From an uncultured archaeon (lineage in GTDB: Archaea; Asgardarchaeota; Thorarchaeia; Thorarchaeales; Thorarchaeaceae): DNA of 64,000 nucleotides. The notes under the pieces are model-generated. The model was not told where the DNA came from, searched no databases, and saw nothing but the letters and a program-made list of their open reading frames with translations. Below, piece after piece: positions 39,437 through 49,970 of the stretch. Location of the stretch: NCBI GenBank assembly GCA_964558645.1, contig CAZLEV010000004.1, forward strand, positions 139,442-203,441, read 5' to 3'. Position 1 is the first letter of the stretch. Each line of letters opens with the position of its first letter. The position numbers and the translations under genes are program-made.

Positions 39437-40849
39437 ATGAATCAGCGGATTCTCAGGATGATAGCCGAGCATGAGAGAGTTCTGTCTCTCAGTGAGAAAC
39501 ACACCCGTCAGAAAGCAGTCCAAGACCCCGTTCATGGTGCCATACTCCTGGAACCATGGGAGCTCGATGTCGTCTCTACATGGGCCATGTTACGACTCCG
39601 CTATGTCATGCAACTTGGTCCTGCGCACTTGGTATACCCAGGTGCAACCCATACGCGCTTCCAACACTGTCTCGGAACTAACTTTCTTGCTCAGAAGTGC
39701 ATTCGAGTTGTCAACTATTGTGAGGAGATTGAGACTGCCTGCTTCAGGCCCCTATCAGATCTATTGAGTGACTATCAGCAGAAGATATTCAGAGCTGTGG
39801 CGATGCTACATGATGTTGGACACCCACCGACCTCGCACACAATAGAGTTTGCACTAAATTGCTGGGCAGGAATCTCGCACGTTGACCTAGGCGAGTACCT
39901 CATTCTGAACAGCGAACTCACCGACACTCTTGAACAGAATGACATACAGCCACAGGATGTCGTTTCAGTGCTGAGAGGGAGAACCAAAGACCCAATCCTC
40001 GAGCTGCTGTCCGACTTCGTGGACTCTCCACTTGACATTGACAAGACAGACTACCTTATTCGAGACGCACACTTCAGTGGTGTGCAGCTTGGGCTCTTTC
40101 CAGCGGAGCGCGTGCTTCTGACGAATCGTGTCGTCAAGAACAACGAAGGAAAATACATCAGAGCGTTCATGTTGAAAGCATTGCACTCGCTTGAGGCTCT
40201 CATCCTGTCACGGAACTGGATGTTCTCAGACCTCTATCTCCATCACGCGGTGAGAGTGGCAGAGGCTCTGACCAGTAAGGCGACCTACTTCAGGATAAAA
40301 GAGCTTGACCTCTCAAAGAACGAGATTGTGGGCCTCTTCACTCGCATGACAGATGGTGACCTCTATAGATGGCTTGAGGACGCACAGACTGATTTCGTCA
40401 GGGAGTATGCACTCAGAATCAGACTTCGCAGATTGCTCAAGGTAGTCCTGACAAGACCGCTGTCGTCATTTGATCCCTCCATACGCTCGAAGTTCATTCA
40501 GATGCTGCATGATATCGACCTGCTGACTAAGACAGAAGAGGAACTCGGAGATGATGTGGGCAGTGTGATTCTAGATGTCGTTGACCCAGAACTTGGAGAG
40601 CAAACACTCGGGAAGATTCCACTCCTGGTGGGCGGTGAGAGCACTGGCATGGACATTGTGAGCATCGAAAATGCCGATCAGGGCAGACCCATCATGCATG
40701 CCCTTCGTCAGCAAAAGAGAATACTTCCCACTGTCAGGGTCTACGCCGATCCGAGAGTTGCCCGAGGAGTGAGAAAGCAGTTCGAGAAGTTATTCCCTTC
40801 GCGCGAAGACGGTCATGTCGAGGATGAATACGATATGACGGATGTTTGA
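39437..40849 (+). CDS. HD-domain phosphohydrolase (SAMHD1/dNTPase-like)
   Basis: DPVHG, QLG...YPGATHTRF.H, LHDVGH, DIDKTDYLIRD. Confidence 0.9.
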   Translation: MNQRILRMIAEHERVLSLSEKHTRQKAVQDPVHGAILLEPWELDVVSTWAMLRLRYVMQLGPAHLVYPGATHTRFQHCLGTNFLAQKCIRVVNYCEEIETACFRPLSDLLSDYQQKIFRAVAMLHDVGHPPTSHTIEFALNCWAGISHVDLGEYLILNSELTDTLEQNDIQPQDVVSVLRGRTKDPILELLSDFVDSPLDIDKTDYLIRDAHFSGVQLGLFPAERVLLTNRVVKNNEGKYIRAFMLKALHSLEALILSRNWMFSDLYLHHAVRVAEALTSKATYFRIKELDLSKNEIVGLFTRMTDGDLYRWLEDAQTDFVREYALRIRLRRLLKVVLTRPLSSFDPSIRSKFIQMLHDIDLLTKTEEELGDDVGSVILDVVDPELGEQTLGKIPLLVGGESTGMDIVSIENADQGRPIMHALRQQKRILPTVRVYADPRVARGVRKQFEKLFPSREDGHVEDEYDMTDV

Positions 40850-40930
40850 GATGCTCTGCTTGAGGTGGTGGTCAATCCAGCCGGGCAAGGGCGGTCTTTC
40901 AAGGGGTGATTTAGAATCGCTGCTTAGAGA

Positions 40931-41614
40931 TCAGAGTAGATTCAGAAGATGAACGGCCTTTTCCTTCACAGACGAGAATCCATATCGAACATAGACTATG
41001 CCATAGATTGCTTCTACAAGTGTTCCTTTGATGTGTTGCATCTCCGACTTGGTCTCTGCGTGAGGATCGAAATGAATACGATAGCTGTATAGATTCCAAT
41101 GATCGCAGAGCGTTGCCATGTTCTCGTTACTGACAACTGCCGCTCTCCTCTGAGTGAGCAAGCCAACCTCCTTCACGCTCGGACGCCACAGATGGTCCAA
41201 GACTGCCATCGAGATGGCAGCATCTCCTAGCAATGCGAGCACTTTGGCCATCTCCGGAACCATGCAAAGCTCCTCTAGACTCTCCAAGTCAACTGTGGAG
41301 GTTTCGTCTCTCACAAAGTGAGCCTCGATTTCAAGGAACAAGTTCTTGGTACTGGGCTGGAACATCACAATCTTGAGAAGCTCATCCTCTGTGAACTTGA
41401 CATTCAATGTCTGTTCCAGAGTGCTTCCTAGTTCAAGCTCTATCTTTTCCATCATCTGAAGGATGTGCACTAATTGACTCTCCCAGCGGTCCAGTTTGTC
41501 GAGAGTGCGTGTGTTCAGCCGGGGAGTAAGATTCCGAGTATGACGAACCGTTTCAACAAGACCTGCAACCTTCGCCTGTAAGTCAATCGCAGACCACGCA
41601 GGGCTCTCTTTCAC
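40931..41614 (-). CDS. Ribonuclease III-domain protein without dsRBD (Mini-III-like)
   Basis: LALLGDAAI, R...VSNENMA, GTLVEAIYG. Confidence 0.8.
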   Translation of the reverse strand: MKESPAWSAIDLQAKVAGLVETVRHTRNLTPRLNTRTLDKLDRWESQLVHILQMMEKIELELGSTLEQTLNVKFTEDELLKIVMFQPSTKNLFLEIEAHFVRDETSTVDLESLEELCMVPEMAKVLALLGDAAISMAVLDHLWRPSVKEVGLLTQRRAAVVSNENMATLCDHWNLYSYRIHFDPHAETKSEMQHIKGTLVEAIYGIVYVRYGFSSVKEKAVHLLNLL

Positions 41615-42402
41615 ATCAAACCCTCTCCAGGGATGTAATGAGTGACAGTCGTCTTCCGATCGATGTCACGTTGCTGAAACATCGCCTGAACACCGTAATC
41701 ATTGGATAAGAGACAGAATGCAATACCAATGATGGGAGGTGCGAAAGAGAGATCAAAGACCACATTGTTCTCAGTGATCTCTTCAAGTAGGATCTTTTCA
41801 ACATGGGCGTAGGTTGACATGAGGTCGCCCGACTTTCCGCCTTCGTAGTAGCCCACCACACTCTCAGGCAGTTCGTGCCAGACCTTCTCCCACCGTTTCG
41901 TAACTCCGTCGGGAACATAACGTTCGAGGCCCTTGGATACGCCCTTACCGAATCTGGCTTTTTCTACAACCAACACAAGGCGATTGTAATGAAACTCGGC
42001 ATCCATAGCAAACCATCTCACCAAGGGGCGTGCGTCGTCAGGTCGTGAGATAGAGGTCACGACCGCTGTTGGAAGAGTGACATTGAGCACACGCCGGACA
42101 GGCTGGATTGCTCGAGGATGCAACCGATAGATTCTCTCTTGTGATTCCTTCCTGCTGGTGATTATCCCCAAGGTCTCTAGATGTTTTGTGTTGTAGTAGA
42201 GTTTCGGATCGGTAACGACAACCTCCTCAGGATCAATCTCCTTTCCTTTCTCTTCTGCTGCAGCAATCATAGCATCCCTGATCTTGTCGCGCAGGTGATT
42301 TCCATTCTTAGAACCGGTCTCGAGCTCTTCCAGAATCACTCTCCTGGCCCGGACATTCTGAATCTCTCGACGAATAACGTCATCTGCTGATTCCCAGTAC
42401 AT
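41611..42402 (-). CDS. wHTH transcriptional regulator with C-terminal CARF-like Rossmann domain
   Basis: N-terminal wHTH (KLYYNTKHLETLGII...IYRL). C-terminal DLMSTY...VVFDLSFAPPIIGIAFCLLS...GVQAMF. Confidence 0.6.
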   Translation of the reverse strand: MYWESADDVIRREIQNVRARRVILEELETGSKNGNHLRDKIRDAMIAAAEEKGKEIDPEEVVVTDPKLYYNTKHLETLGIITSRKESQERIYRLHPRAIQPVRRVLNVTLPTAVVTSISRPDDARPLVRWFAMDAEFHYNRLVLVVEKARFGKGVSKGLERYVPDGVTKRWEKVWHELPESVVGYYEGGKSGDLMSTYAHVEKILLEEITENNVVFDLSFAPPIIGIAFCLLSNDYGVQAMFQQRDIDRKTTVTHYIPGEGLM

Positions 42403-42754
42403 CTTCGGACAACTCCAACAATATAGAAAACCTACATATTTCATATAGATATTATCCCTATCGACTGTTCTGGGTGTTACATGACTATTGTCCAGATATT
42501 ACCCTCATAGTTCATGTTCGTAAGTCGGCCCCTAGAGGCTGTCTGAAGGCATTTTAGCTGTTGTATTTCAGTACAAAGGCTATGATATATATATATGTAA
42601 GATAGTTTTTGCATAGAAACGTCGAAAAATCGAGGGAAATCCCGACAATCCTTAAATACGTCAGACCGTAACTTCCTGCCAGCACAGAGTTCTGAATCTT
42701 CGGGTGAAGAATCGAAATACTATCTTTGCACAAACAAGTGAGGACCGAAATAAA

Positions 42755-43894
42755 ATGGCTGAAGACGAGTTCCTAGGAGCTAAGCCCGTAGTCATTGATA
42801 ATGGCACGGGATTGAGCAAGAACGGGTACGCCGGGGAAGATCAGCCGAGGAGCGTCTGGCCGACGCTTATTGGTTATCCCCGGTACGAGAGTATCATGAC
42901 GGACGTAGACCACTACACCAGAGACTACTACATTGGTGAGGAGGCAATCAACCTCCGAGGTGTCTTACGCCTGGTCTATCCCATCACTCATGGGGTGATT
43001 GACGACTGGGATGCAATCGAGAAGATATGGTCGTACACATTCTACAACGACCTCAAGGTTGACCCCAGTGAGAATCCAGTGCTTCTGACCGAGGCACCAT
43101 TCAACCCACGAGAGAACAGGGAGCGCATGGCAAGCGTCATGTTTGACAACTTTGGAGCGCCAGCAGTATATGTGGCCACTCAGGCAGTGCTGTCACTGTA
43201 CGCATCTGGTAGAACCACAGGTCTGGTCATCGACTCTGGCGACGGTGTGACACACATAGTCCCAATCTATGAGGGCTTTGCAATCACTCACGCCATCAGA
43301 AGAATCGACCTAGCTGGAAGAGACATTACAGAGTACTTGCGCAGGTTGCTCAGGCAGAGGGGTTACTCCTTTGTGAGCGGCGCAGAGAAAGAGATTGTGA
43401 GAGACGTAAAGGAGAAACTCTGTTACGTTGCCCTTGATCCTGAGAAGGAGAGGACCGTGGCAGACAAGGCAGGAGTCGACAAGCCCTACATGCTACCTGA
43501 TGGCGAAGTCATCACTGTGGGGGCAGAGAGATTCCAGGGTCCAGAGCTGTTCTTCAATCCAAGCGCCATTGGTCTCGACACCATGCCTCTCGACGAACAC
43601 ATCGTCGAATCAATCAAGGCGTGTGACGTTGACTTGCGACGTGACCTGTACGCAAACATTGTACTCTCGGGTGGTTCAACCATGTTCCCAGGCCTGAAGG
43701 AGAGGCTCCACAAGGAGATCACCGAACTCGTACCTGAGAACATCGAAGTACGAATCATCGCTCCACCTGAGCGCCAATACTCAGTCTGGATTGGAGGCAG
43801 CATTCTAGCCAGCCTCAAGACCTTCCAGAAGATGTGGGTGACTCGCAAGGAGTTTGAGGAAGCGGGACCAGAAGTCATCCATCGCTGTATCTAG
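42755..43894 (+). CDS. Asgard actin (lokiactin-type)
   Basis: [52 protein letters not shown]. Confidence 0.96.
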   Translation: MAEDEFLGAKPVVIDNGTGLSKNGYAGEDQPRSVWPTLIGYPRYESIMTDVDHYTRDYYIGEEAINLRGVLRLVYPITHGVIDDWDAIEKIWSYTFYNDLKVDPSENPVLLTEAPFNPRENRERMASVMFDNFGAPAVYVATQAVLSLYASGRTTGLVIDSGDGVTHIVPIYEGFAITHAIRRIDLAGRDITEYLRRLLRQRGYSFVSGAEKEIVRDVKEKLCYVALDPEKERTVADKAGVDKPYMLPDGEVITVGAERFQGPELFFNPSAIGLDTMPLDEHIVESIKACDVDLRRDLYANIVLSGGSTMFPGLKERLHKEITELVPENIEVRIIAPPERQYSVWIGGSILASLKTFQKMWVTRKEFEEAGPEVIHRCI

Positions 43895-43911
43895 TTCAAA
43901 CAACAAACTAA

Positions 43912-43952
43912 GAAGGTAGGGCCGCGAGCCCTCCTTCCTTCTCGTTTTTCTT
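43912..43952 (+). terminator. Hairpin terminator after actin
   Basis: GAAGG-T-AGGGC/GCCCT-CCTTC followed by CTTCTCGTTTTTCTT. Confidence 0.6.
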
Positions 43953-43986
43953 GGAAATGTCTTGGTATATCACATTCAACCGCATT

Positions 43987-45255
43987 CTACCCAGGACAAT
44001 AGATGCTTCTTGGCGAGGGCTCTTCACAAATGTTTCCTCCATTAGGAACGGGCATGAATGCAATTAGCAGTGCAATGACAATGGAGAAAAGGCCGGTACC
44101 CAAGAGGAGTAGAGGATAACCTGTCATCTGAGCAATGGCTGTGAAGATAAGGGGCCCTGTTGTTCTGCCCAAGAAAGTGGCACTGTTTCTGATGCTGAGG
44201 GCCTCACCGCGATTTTCCTTGGCCACACAGTTGGTTATTCTTGAATCAATAGCAGGGACCGAGAAGCCCACACCCGTCCCGAAAATGACTGCACCCACAA
44301 CTGTTAGAAACAGGGAGGGAGCAAACCATGCTATCATAAGTCCAATTCCATGAAGGAGAAAACCGAGAGCAATCAGGCGGCTATTGGAGAGGTAGCGTGC
44401 AAAGTATCCATTACGAACTGAGAACGGGATTGAAGAAATGCTCGTCAGGGAGACCACTAGCCCGATTGTTACAGGATCGAGGCTATATGCCTTGGTCAAG
44501 AAGAAGGGAAGTGATGTCAGTATTGCTCCAAAGAAGAGCACCTCAAGGAGGACGGAGGTAGAATAGGGGACAATCATTGCACGCTGATAGAGAGCCGCAA
44601 TTGTCTCTCGAATGCTAGTCGTACTGCCGTGGTAAGCACCATCTGGTTCTTGAATGAACTTCAAGGCAATGAGACCGAGAGGGACTGCCGCGAGATACGC
44701 TAGGAATGGAGTGTTCCATGAGAATGCAACGAGGGCACCACCTAAAATCGGGAAGCCGGCTGCTCCAAGGGCTAAGACTGCATTGTTCATTCCCAGTACA
44801 TTGTTCCGTTGAACGCCTTCGAAATTGTCACTGATCAACGTGACTGTCGTGATGAAGAGACCCGCTGCTGCCGTACCCTGTATGACTCTGATGCCAAGAA
44901 TGACCCAGAAGCTCGGAGCGAAGAAGAGCATTGCACCTGATAGCCCGAAGATGAGGAGAGAAACGCCGAGAGTTGGTCGTCTTCCAAATCTGTCAACCAC
45001 CATTCCGATGAATGGAGAGAAAGCAATGCCGATGACAAAGTAGGCGCTGATGAGTAGACTAGTTTCAGCCTCGCTCACCAAGAACACGTCTCGGAGCACA
45101 GGAAGTGCGGGACTGAGAAACGGCACACCCAGAGGGGCCAGCAAAGTGCTCAGCAAGACAATCTGAACCAGTGAAGACCGCAGAGGAGTCCCATCGTCAT
45201 TAACATCCAAGTCCTCAAAAGTCCTAGAACCACTTCTTTCTTGAGTCTGCTCCAT
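43987..45255 (-). CDS. MFS transporter
   Basis: GMVVDRFGRR motif A, about 12 TM segments. Confidence 0.92.
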   Translation of the reverse strand: MEQTQERSGSRTFEDLDVNDDGTPLRSSLVQIVLLSTLLAPLGVPFLSPALPVLRDVFLVSEAETSLLISAYFVIGIAFSPFIGMVVDRFGRRPTLGVSLLIFGLSGAMLFFAPSFWVILGIRVIQGTAAAGLFITTVTLISDNFEGVQRNNVLGMNNAVLALGAAGFPILGGALVAFSWNTPFLAYLAAVPLGLIALKFIQEPDGAYHGSTTSIRETIAALYQRAMIVPYSTSVLLEVLFFGAILTSLPFFLTKAYSLDPVTIGLVVSLTSISSIPFSVRNGYFARYLSNSRLIALGFLLHGIGLMIAWFAPSLFLTVVGAVIFGTGVGFSVPAIDSRITNCVAKENRGEALSIRNSATFLGRTTGPLIFTAIAQMTGYPLLLLGTGLFSIVIALLIAFMPVPNGGNICEEPSPRSIYCPG

Positions 45256-45350
45256 CGGGTAGCCTCGAGCTAATTTACTATGGTTAAATTATAAGGCCTC
45301 GGGTTCTGCCAAATCGGGCCTTGGATGATTCGATCCACAATGAACCTTCT

Positions 45351-45968
45351 CTATTCAAGCGCGGAGAGAAACTCTTCCGTTTCTTGTCCCTCTTCAATCA
45401 ACTCAATGTCTTGAACACCAACGCGTTCAGCATCGTAGCTCCGAGCGATGATTGTTGCATCAAACCTCTCTCTTGCTGTGGCCTCTCTTCCTCTCCAGAT
45501 ATAGATGTCATCCCATGTATCGAGGATGAAGACATCATCACTCTTCAGGGACTCTCGAGAGAGTGGAACCTCTGCATAATAGGTCTCATCATTCCTTCGG
45601 TGTACTCTCCAAAGCCTGTAGTCGTGCTTCTCAACGTGAACTTTCCTGAGGATTCCCTCAGTGTCTTGTTCAGTAATCTCAAAACTTGGGAACAACGACT
45701 TGAACTCCTCAGGTTCATCGCCACCGTCGATATGGTCGATGTCAGCATGTCCCCTTCTTGCTGTATCTCTCATAACGGCCTCAGCAGCAGCAAGAAATTT
45801 CTCGTCCACGGATGAATCAGGCCCTATCCAGAGATATATCTTGGGACCTGTGTCAACAAGATAGCAGTCCCCACGACCGAATGACCCAGGTTGGGGAACG
45901 ATGACCAAATTCCCTTTTTGAATGTGATAGACTGTAAGTTCGGGCATAAAGGACTTAGAGATGGACAT
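45351..45968 (-). CDS. Two-domain gelsolin (Asgard 2DGel-like)
   Basis: GDCYLVD...IYLWIG.DSSVDE and SDDVFILD...IYIWRG..A...E. Start may be 45947. Confidence 0.9.
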   Translation of the reverse strand: MSISKSFMPELTVYHIQKGNLVIVPQPGSFGRGDCYLVDTGPKIYLWIGPDSSVDEKFLAAAEAVMRDTARRGHADIDHIDGGDEPEEFKSLFPSFEITEQDTEGILRKVHVEKHDYRLWRVHRRNDETYYAEVPLSRESLKSDDVFILDTWDDIYIWRGREATARERFDATIIARSYDAERVGVQDIELIEEGQETEEFLSALE

Positions 45969-46056
45969 AGTCTTAAGTCATGTTAGTATGGCGTTTCGAC
46001 GAAATCATCTGAGACCGTCTGAGAACTCCCGCTCGATTCCTTGGGAGGTATAAGGG

Positions 46057-46794
46057 CTAATCGTCGGGAAACAAGAGGCTGCGTGTGCGGTCCAAGATCT
46101 CGGTGTATTCTGGCTGGCCAGTTGCGTATACCCAAAGGAGCCAGTCGAAAATCTCTATTTCCTTCGGATCAGTGATGTCGGCCCGCACGAGCTTCTCGAT
46201 CTTCCCCGCCCATCTGAGGCGCATGACCTCAGTGTCCAAGAGCATATCTATGAGCTGCTTCATCTCATCCTCCGAGAGGGGCAGATCAAATACTGGAAGA
46301 GCATTTCGGACTTCCTCTCGTACCGCACTCTTGAACTCCGCAGGATCGTAGTGTAAGCCAAAAGTCACAAAGTTCTCTGCTGTCCTGCGATAGTAGTCAG
46401 TTGTGCGCTTCCCTGTTCGCACTATGCCATATTTGACAACAAACCCCCCATCTATCAATCTTGGCAGATGATGATAGACTTGGTTCTTTGTGAGAGGGGT
46501 ATACTCCTCCTTTTCTTTGGCGAGCCGAAGAATCTCATATACGGATAGCTCATTTCTGTGGACAATTCGTTCGCGTATTATCCGTTCACCTGAATCCTCA
46601 TCATGAAACTCTTTGACCATCTTGTCTTCGATTCCGTCGCGTAGCATCTGCAGTATCTGCAATCTGACAGGGTCACGAAGAACTGCTGCCCTACCCTCAT
46701 CACTGACAAAATCAACACGACGCATCGGCTTCTTTCCAGCATCTGTTAGTTCAATACCTTCGATGCCATCAGGAACTGCGACCAATGCATTCAC
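46057..46794 (-). CDS. ArsR-like wHTH regulator
   Basis: DPVRLQIL...VYHHLPRLIDGGFV...YYRRTA. Confidence 0.8.
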   Translation of the reverse strand: MNALVAVPDGIEGIELTDAGKKPMRRVDFVSDEGRAAVLRDPVRLQILQMLRDGIEDKMVKEFHDEDSGERIIRERIVHRNELSVYEILRLAKEKEEYTPLTKNQVYHHLPRLIDGGFVVKYGIVRTGKRTTDYYRRTAENFVTFGLHYDPAEFKSAVREEVRNALPVFDLPLSEDEMKQLIDMLLDTEVMRLRWAGKIEKLVRADITDPKEIEIFDWLLWVYATGQPEYTEILDRTRSLLFPDD

Positions 46795-46977
46795 TCACTG
46801 AGCCGTCGGAGGAACGCCAACTTATTAACGTTCCTTGGTACAAGCTTTACTCCCCCAACATGGTTTTTTATAGCAATTTACTTTGACTCAATGGTGTCCA
46901 AACACAAACCTTTTATCGATTTCGTGAGGCAGACTGGTACAAGAGGTAAGGGCGCGTTCTGGTAGGAGGAGACTGAA

Positions 46978-48042
46978 GTGTGTCGGATATCAAAGGACAT
47001 GAGTTGTATGCAGAGAAGAGAGGACCACCTTCCACGATTGCTCATAGATACGCTTCCAAACCCGGTGTGCATAGTAGACAGGAAGAATCGTATTCGTTCT
47101 GTGAACAGAAGAGCCCTAGAACTGCTAGGCAGTACATCTGATGATGCCTTTATCGGCCACTCGCTGCTCGAATTTCTGGCACCCGAACATCGAAAACGAG
47201 CCGAAAGAGACCTTCAGAGATGCAATGACTTCATGCCTGGTAGCCCACACGAATATCATATAGTGAACAGTAGTGGAAGGAGAATCCCAATTGTTGCTAC
47301 ATCTGCGATTGTGCCGTGCGGCAATGACACAGAATGTATCGTATGCGTGGGAACACCCGCCGAAACGGAGAATAGTCTTCAGATAGGAAACAATCCTGCA
47401 TCTTCGAGAGCCATGCTCTATCTCGATATTCTGAGAAACGATGTTAGCAACCAGCTGCAGATCATCCTGTCGTCCGTGGAGCTGTTCATGCAAGACGGTC
47501 TGAAAGAGAACAAGAAACGCGAGCTCCTAGCGAATGCACTGCAAGCAGTCGACTGCTGTCAAGAGAGTATTAGGTATGCAGAGGAGATAGAACGACTGTT
47601 GGTTGAACCTCTTCGTCCTCGACGGCTTGATCTTGCAATAACTAACGCCATACTTGACATCTACAAGAACCGAGAAGACATCGATCTGACGGCAAGTTTC
47701 GGGGTAGAAGAGGGGATAGTCATGGCGGACGACTCTCTCGAGACTTTGATACGAGGATTAATCGACGAAGTATGTCGATGCAATCCAAGAGGAGATAAGT
47801 TGGTATCAATCGATGTACAGGAAACAGAGTCAGAGTATTTGATTGCCATTGCCGACAACGGACTTGGCAGATACAGATTAGAGAACAGTGTCTTCAACGG
47901 AAACCGGAAAGGACGTCTTCCAGGGATTCACGTATGTAGAACAATAGTCCAGAAGTACGGCGGCAGTCTCACTATTCTGGACAGGGTGATCAACAGTCCA
48001 CACGAGGGAGTCAGAGTAAGAATCACACTTCCTCGTTGCTAG
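46978..48042 (+). CDS. PAS-domain sensor histidine-kinase-like protein, catalytic motifs degenerate
   Basis: PAS (VNRRALELLG), H-box ILRNDVSN (His to Asn), G1 IADNGLG. Confidence 0.75.
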   Translation: MCRISKDMSCMQRREDHLPRLLIDTLPNPVCIVDRKNRIRSVNRRALELLGSTSDDAFIGHSLLEFLAPEHRKRAERDLQRCNDFMPGSPHEYHIVNSSGRRIPIVATSAIVPCGNDTECIVCVGTPAETENSLQIGNNPASSRAMLYLDILRNDVSNQLQIILSSVELFMQDGLKENKKRELLANALQAVDCCQESIRYAEEIERLLVEPLRPRRLDLAITNAILDIYKNREDIDLTASFGVEEGIVMADDSLETLIRGLIDEVCRCNPRGDKLVSIDVQETESEYLIAIADNGLGRYRLENSVFNGNRKGRLPGIHVCRTIVQKYGGSLTILDRVINSPHEGVRVRITLPRC

Positions 48043-48469
48043 TCACTACAGAGGAGATTTCGTTTCTCTGTAGGACTCTCCAACAAGAGGGCCACCCCCA
48101 ATGTAGAACGGCAATCCCAGTACCGTTTTGTTCAGAGTGCCTAGGCTCGGCGTGGACCTCATCGTAAGCCTAGACAACCAGAAAAGCGCAACTCCGTCAG
48201 AGCCCCATAGTTCATGGCAATCTCAACCTCTTCTGGACTTCCTATTAGGACTGCAGACTTTTTCACATTATGAGCTGAATCGGATGATGTCAGCTGTTAA
48301 TTCCGTCAGTCGCTGTTGAGGCCAGAAGGCTTGCTGAAGGACTGCCTTACTCTTGTATGGAAAACAGTCCATACCACAAAGAGAACTGCACTAATACTTG
48401 AAACGAGAGGGAATTTGTACATCTCAAAACTACTATAAGATAGGCCAGAGACGGTAGCAGTGGAGAAAG

Positions 48470-49813
48470 TTGCAAGTGTCTGAGATACCAAAAGACGCAC
48501 AGATTGCCATATTCTGGGACATCGAGAATGTCCATGATGATTTCAGAACGCATGAGAATATGATGAAAGAGTTTCGAGAGACGGGACGAGTGGTTCGTTC
48601 ATACGCGTTCGCCGATTGGGATAGCAGAAGAAGGATGGGTGAGCAACTAATGAAGATAGGTTTCGATCTCATCCACGTCCCCAGCGATATGCAAAATGCT
48701 AGCGATTTCAAGATGGGGGAGTACATTGTAGAGCATATGACCCGCTATCCCGATACCAACTGCTATGCGCTCATCACAGGAGATGGGGACTTCCTCGTTC
48801 TGACAGGTATACTGAAGTTCCGAGGTTACCATATCTGGCTAGTCAGCAATCCGCTATACACTTCGGCTGAACTCTCAGCTCTTGCTGACAGATACAGTGA
48901 TATGAAGTCGTTCCGCGGTCTTGCCTTTGAAGAACAAAGACATGTCGAGGAACCAGGCAAGCCTCTGGAGAGCCGAGCTGATAGGCGAGCCAGAGCCGCA
49001 GCAAGACTTCAGGAAACAATAAGCAAGATTCTGGAGGCCGAGAACAAGCCGGGAATCGGATGGGTCAAACATGTGATGGTATCTTTGAACCCTGATTTTG
49101 ACGAGAGAGAATTGGGATTCGAAACCTGGAAGGAATTCGTTGACTGGGCCGAGAAAAAGGGCTATGTGATCCAAGAGGGAGAGATGCCGGGCACGATACT
49201 GCGATTACCGCCCACGCCCTCTGTTGAGTCCTCTCGCTATTCTGATGAAACCAGCAGAGCATTCCAGAAACTAGTCGATATCCTGGAGAACTGCCTGAAT
49301 CATGGCAAAGACACTAATCTTGTTACACTGGGCCAGGAGGTCAAGTCCGAAGGTATTGACTATCACTCGCTCGGATACAGCAGACTGACCGATTTTGTGT
49401 CATCAGCAGAGAAGCGTGACTTCGTGAGAGTTATTCCTACCGAGGAAGAAAGCGGGCCCATAGTCCTGCCGAACTATCGAGTAGAGGATCTCAAACCTTG
49501 GTTCAAAGAGAATGTCACTAAGTACTTCGGCAAGAAGGCCAAAGTCCCTAAGGATATCTTCATCGAGAGGATAGGTCAGCTTCTGCTGGACAGCAGGATA
49601 ACACTGAAACAGCTAGAGAAGTACCTAGGAAGCAGGAAGCTTACACGAGAGTACGAGGCTATTCTAGAGGCGAGCGGTGTTCCGTTTCTACCTCCTTATC
49701 AGAAATCAATGTTGTATGTGTTTCTCGGAGAAGGTATGGATTGTGAGGAGGCAATAAAGGAGGTCAATGTCGAGTTGAAGCCTGTGAGCATTGCCCTCAG
49801 CTGTCCCGACTAG
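48470..49813 (+). CDS. NYN-domain RNase with two OST-HTH/LOTUS domains (paralog 1)
   Basis: FWDIENV, NASD, ITGDGDF; FDERELGF..W.EF; YHSLGYSRLTDF. Confidence 0.85.
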   Translation: MQVSEIPKDAQIAIFWDIENVHDDFRTHENMMKEFRETGRVVRSYAFADWDSRRRMGEQLMKIGFDLIHVPSDMQNASDFKMGEYIVEHMTRYPDTNCYALITGDGDFLVLTGILKFRGYHIWLVSNPLYTSAELSALADRYSDMKSFRGLAFEEQRHVEEPGKPLESRADRRARAAARLQETISKILEAENKPGIGWVKHVMVSLNPDFDERELGFETWKEFVDWAEKKGYVIQEGEMPGTILRLPPTPSVESSRYSDETSRAFQKLVDILENCLNHGKDTNLVTLGQEVKSEGIDYHSLGYSRLTDFVSSAEKRDFVRVIPTEEESGPIVLPNYRVEDLKPWFKENVTKYFGKKAKVPKDIFIERIGQLLLDSRITLKQLEKYLGSRKLTREYEAILEASGVPFLPPYQKSMLYVFLGEGMDCEEAIKEVNVELKPVSIALSCPD

Positions 49814-49970
49814 TCGCCATACTGGTTAAGCGATATGCGGCGATATGATGAGTTTAGAGAGGATGACACTGGTTACATCAGAAGACAAGTTGTTCGGGGC
49901 TTGACGTCACATAATCTTGTTCTCTTGTTCGATGCTCTTATTTCGGACCCATGGTTGCTAACTATGCGGT

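Noticed and set aside
42585-42596. (AT)6 tract and weak ACATAT/ATATGT dyads upstream of actin (similar at ~14143 and ~19196)
   Set aside because: Short AT-rich promoter sequence; not distinguishable from chance by eye.
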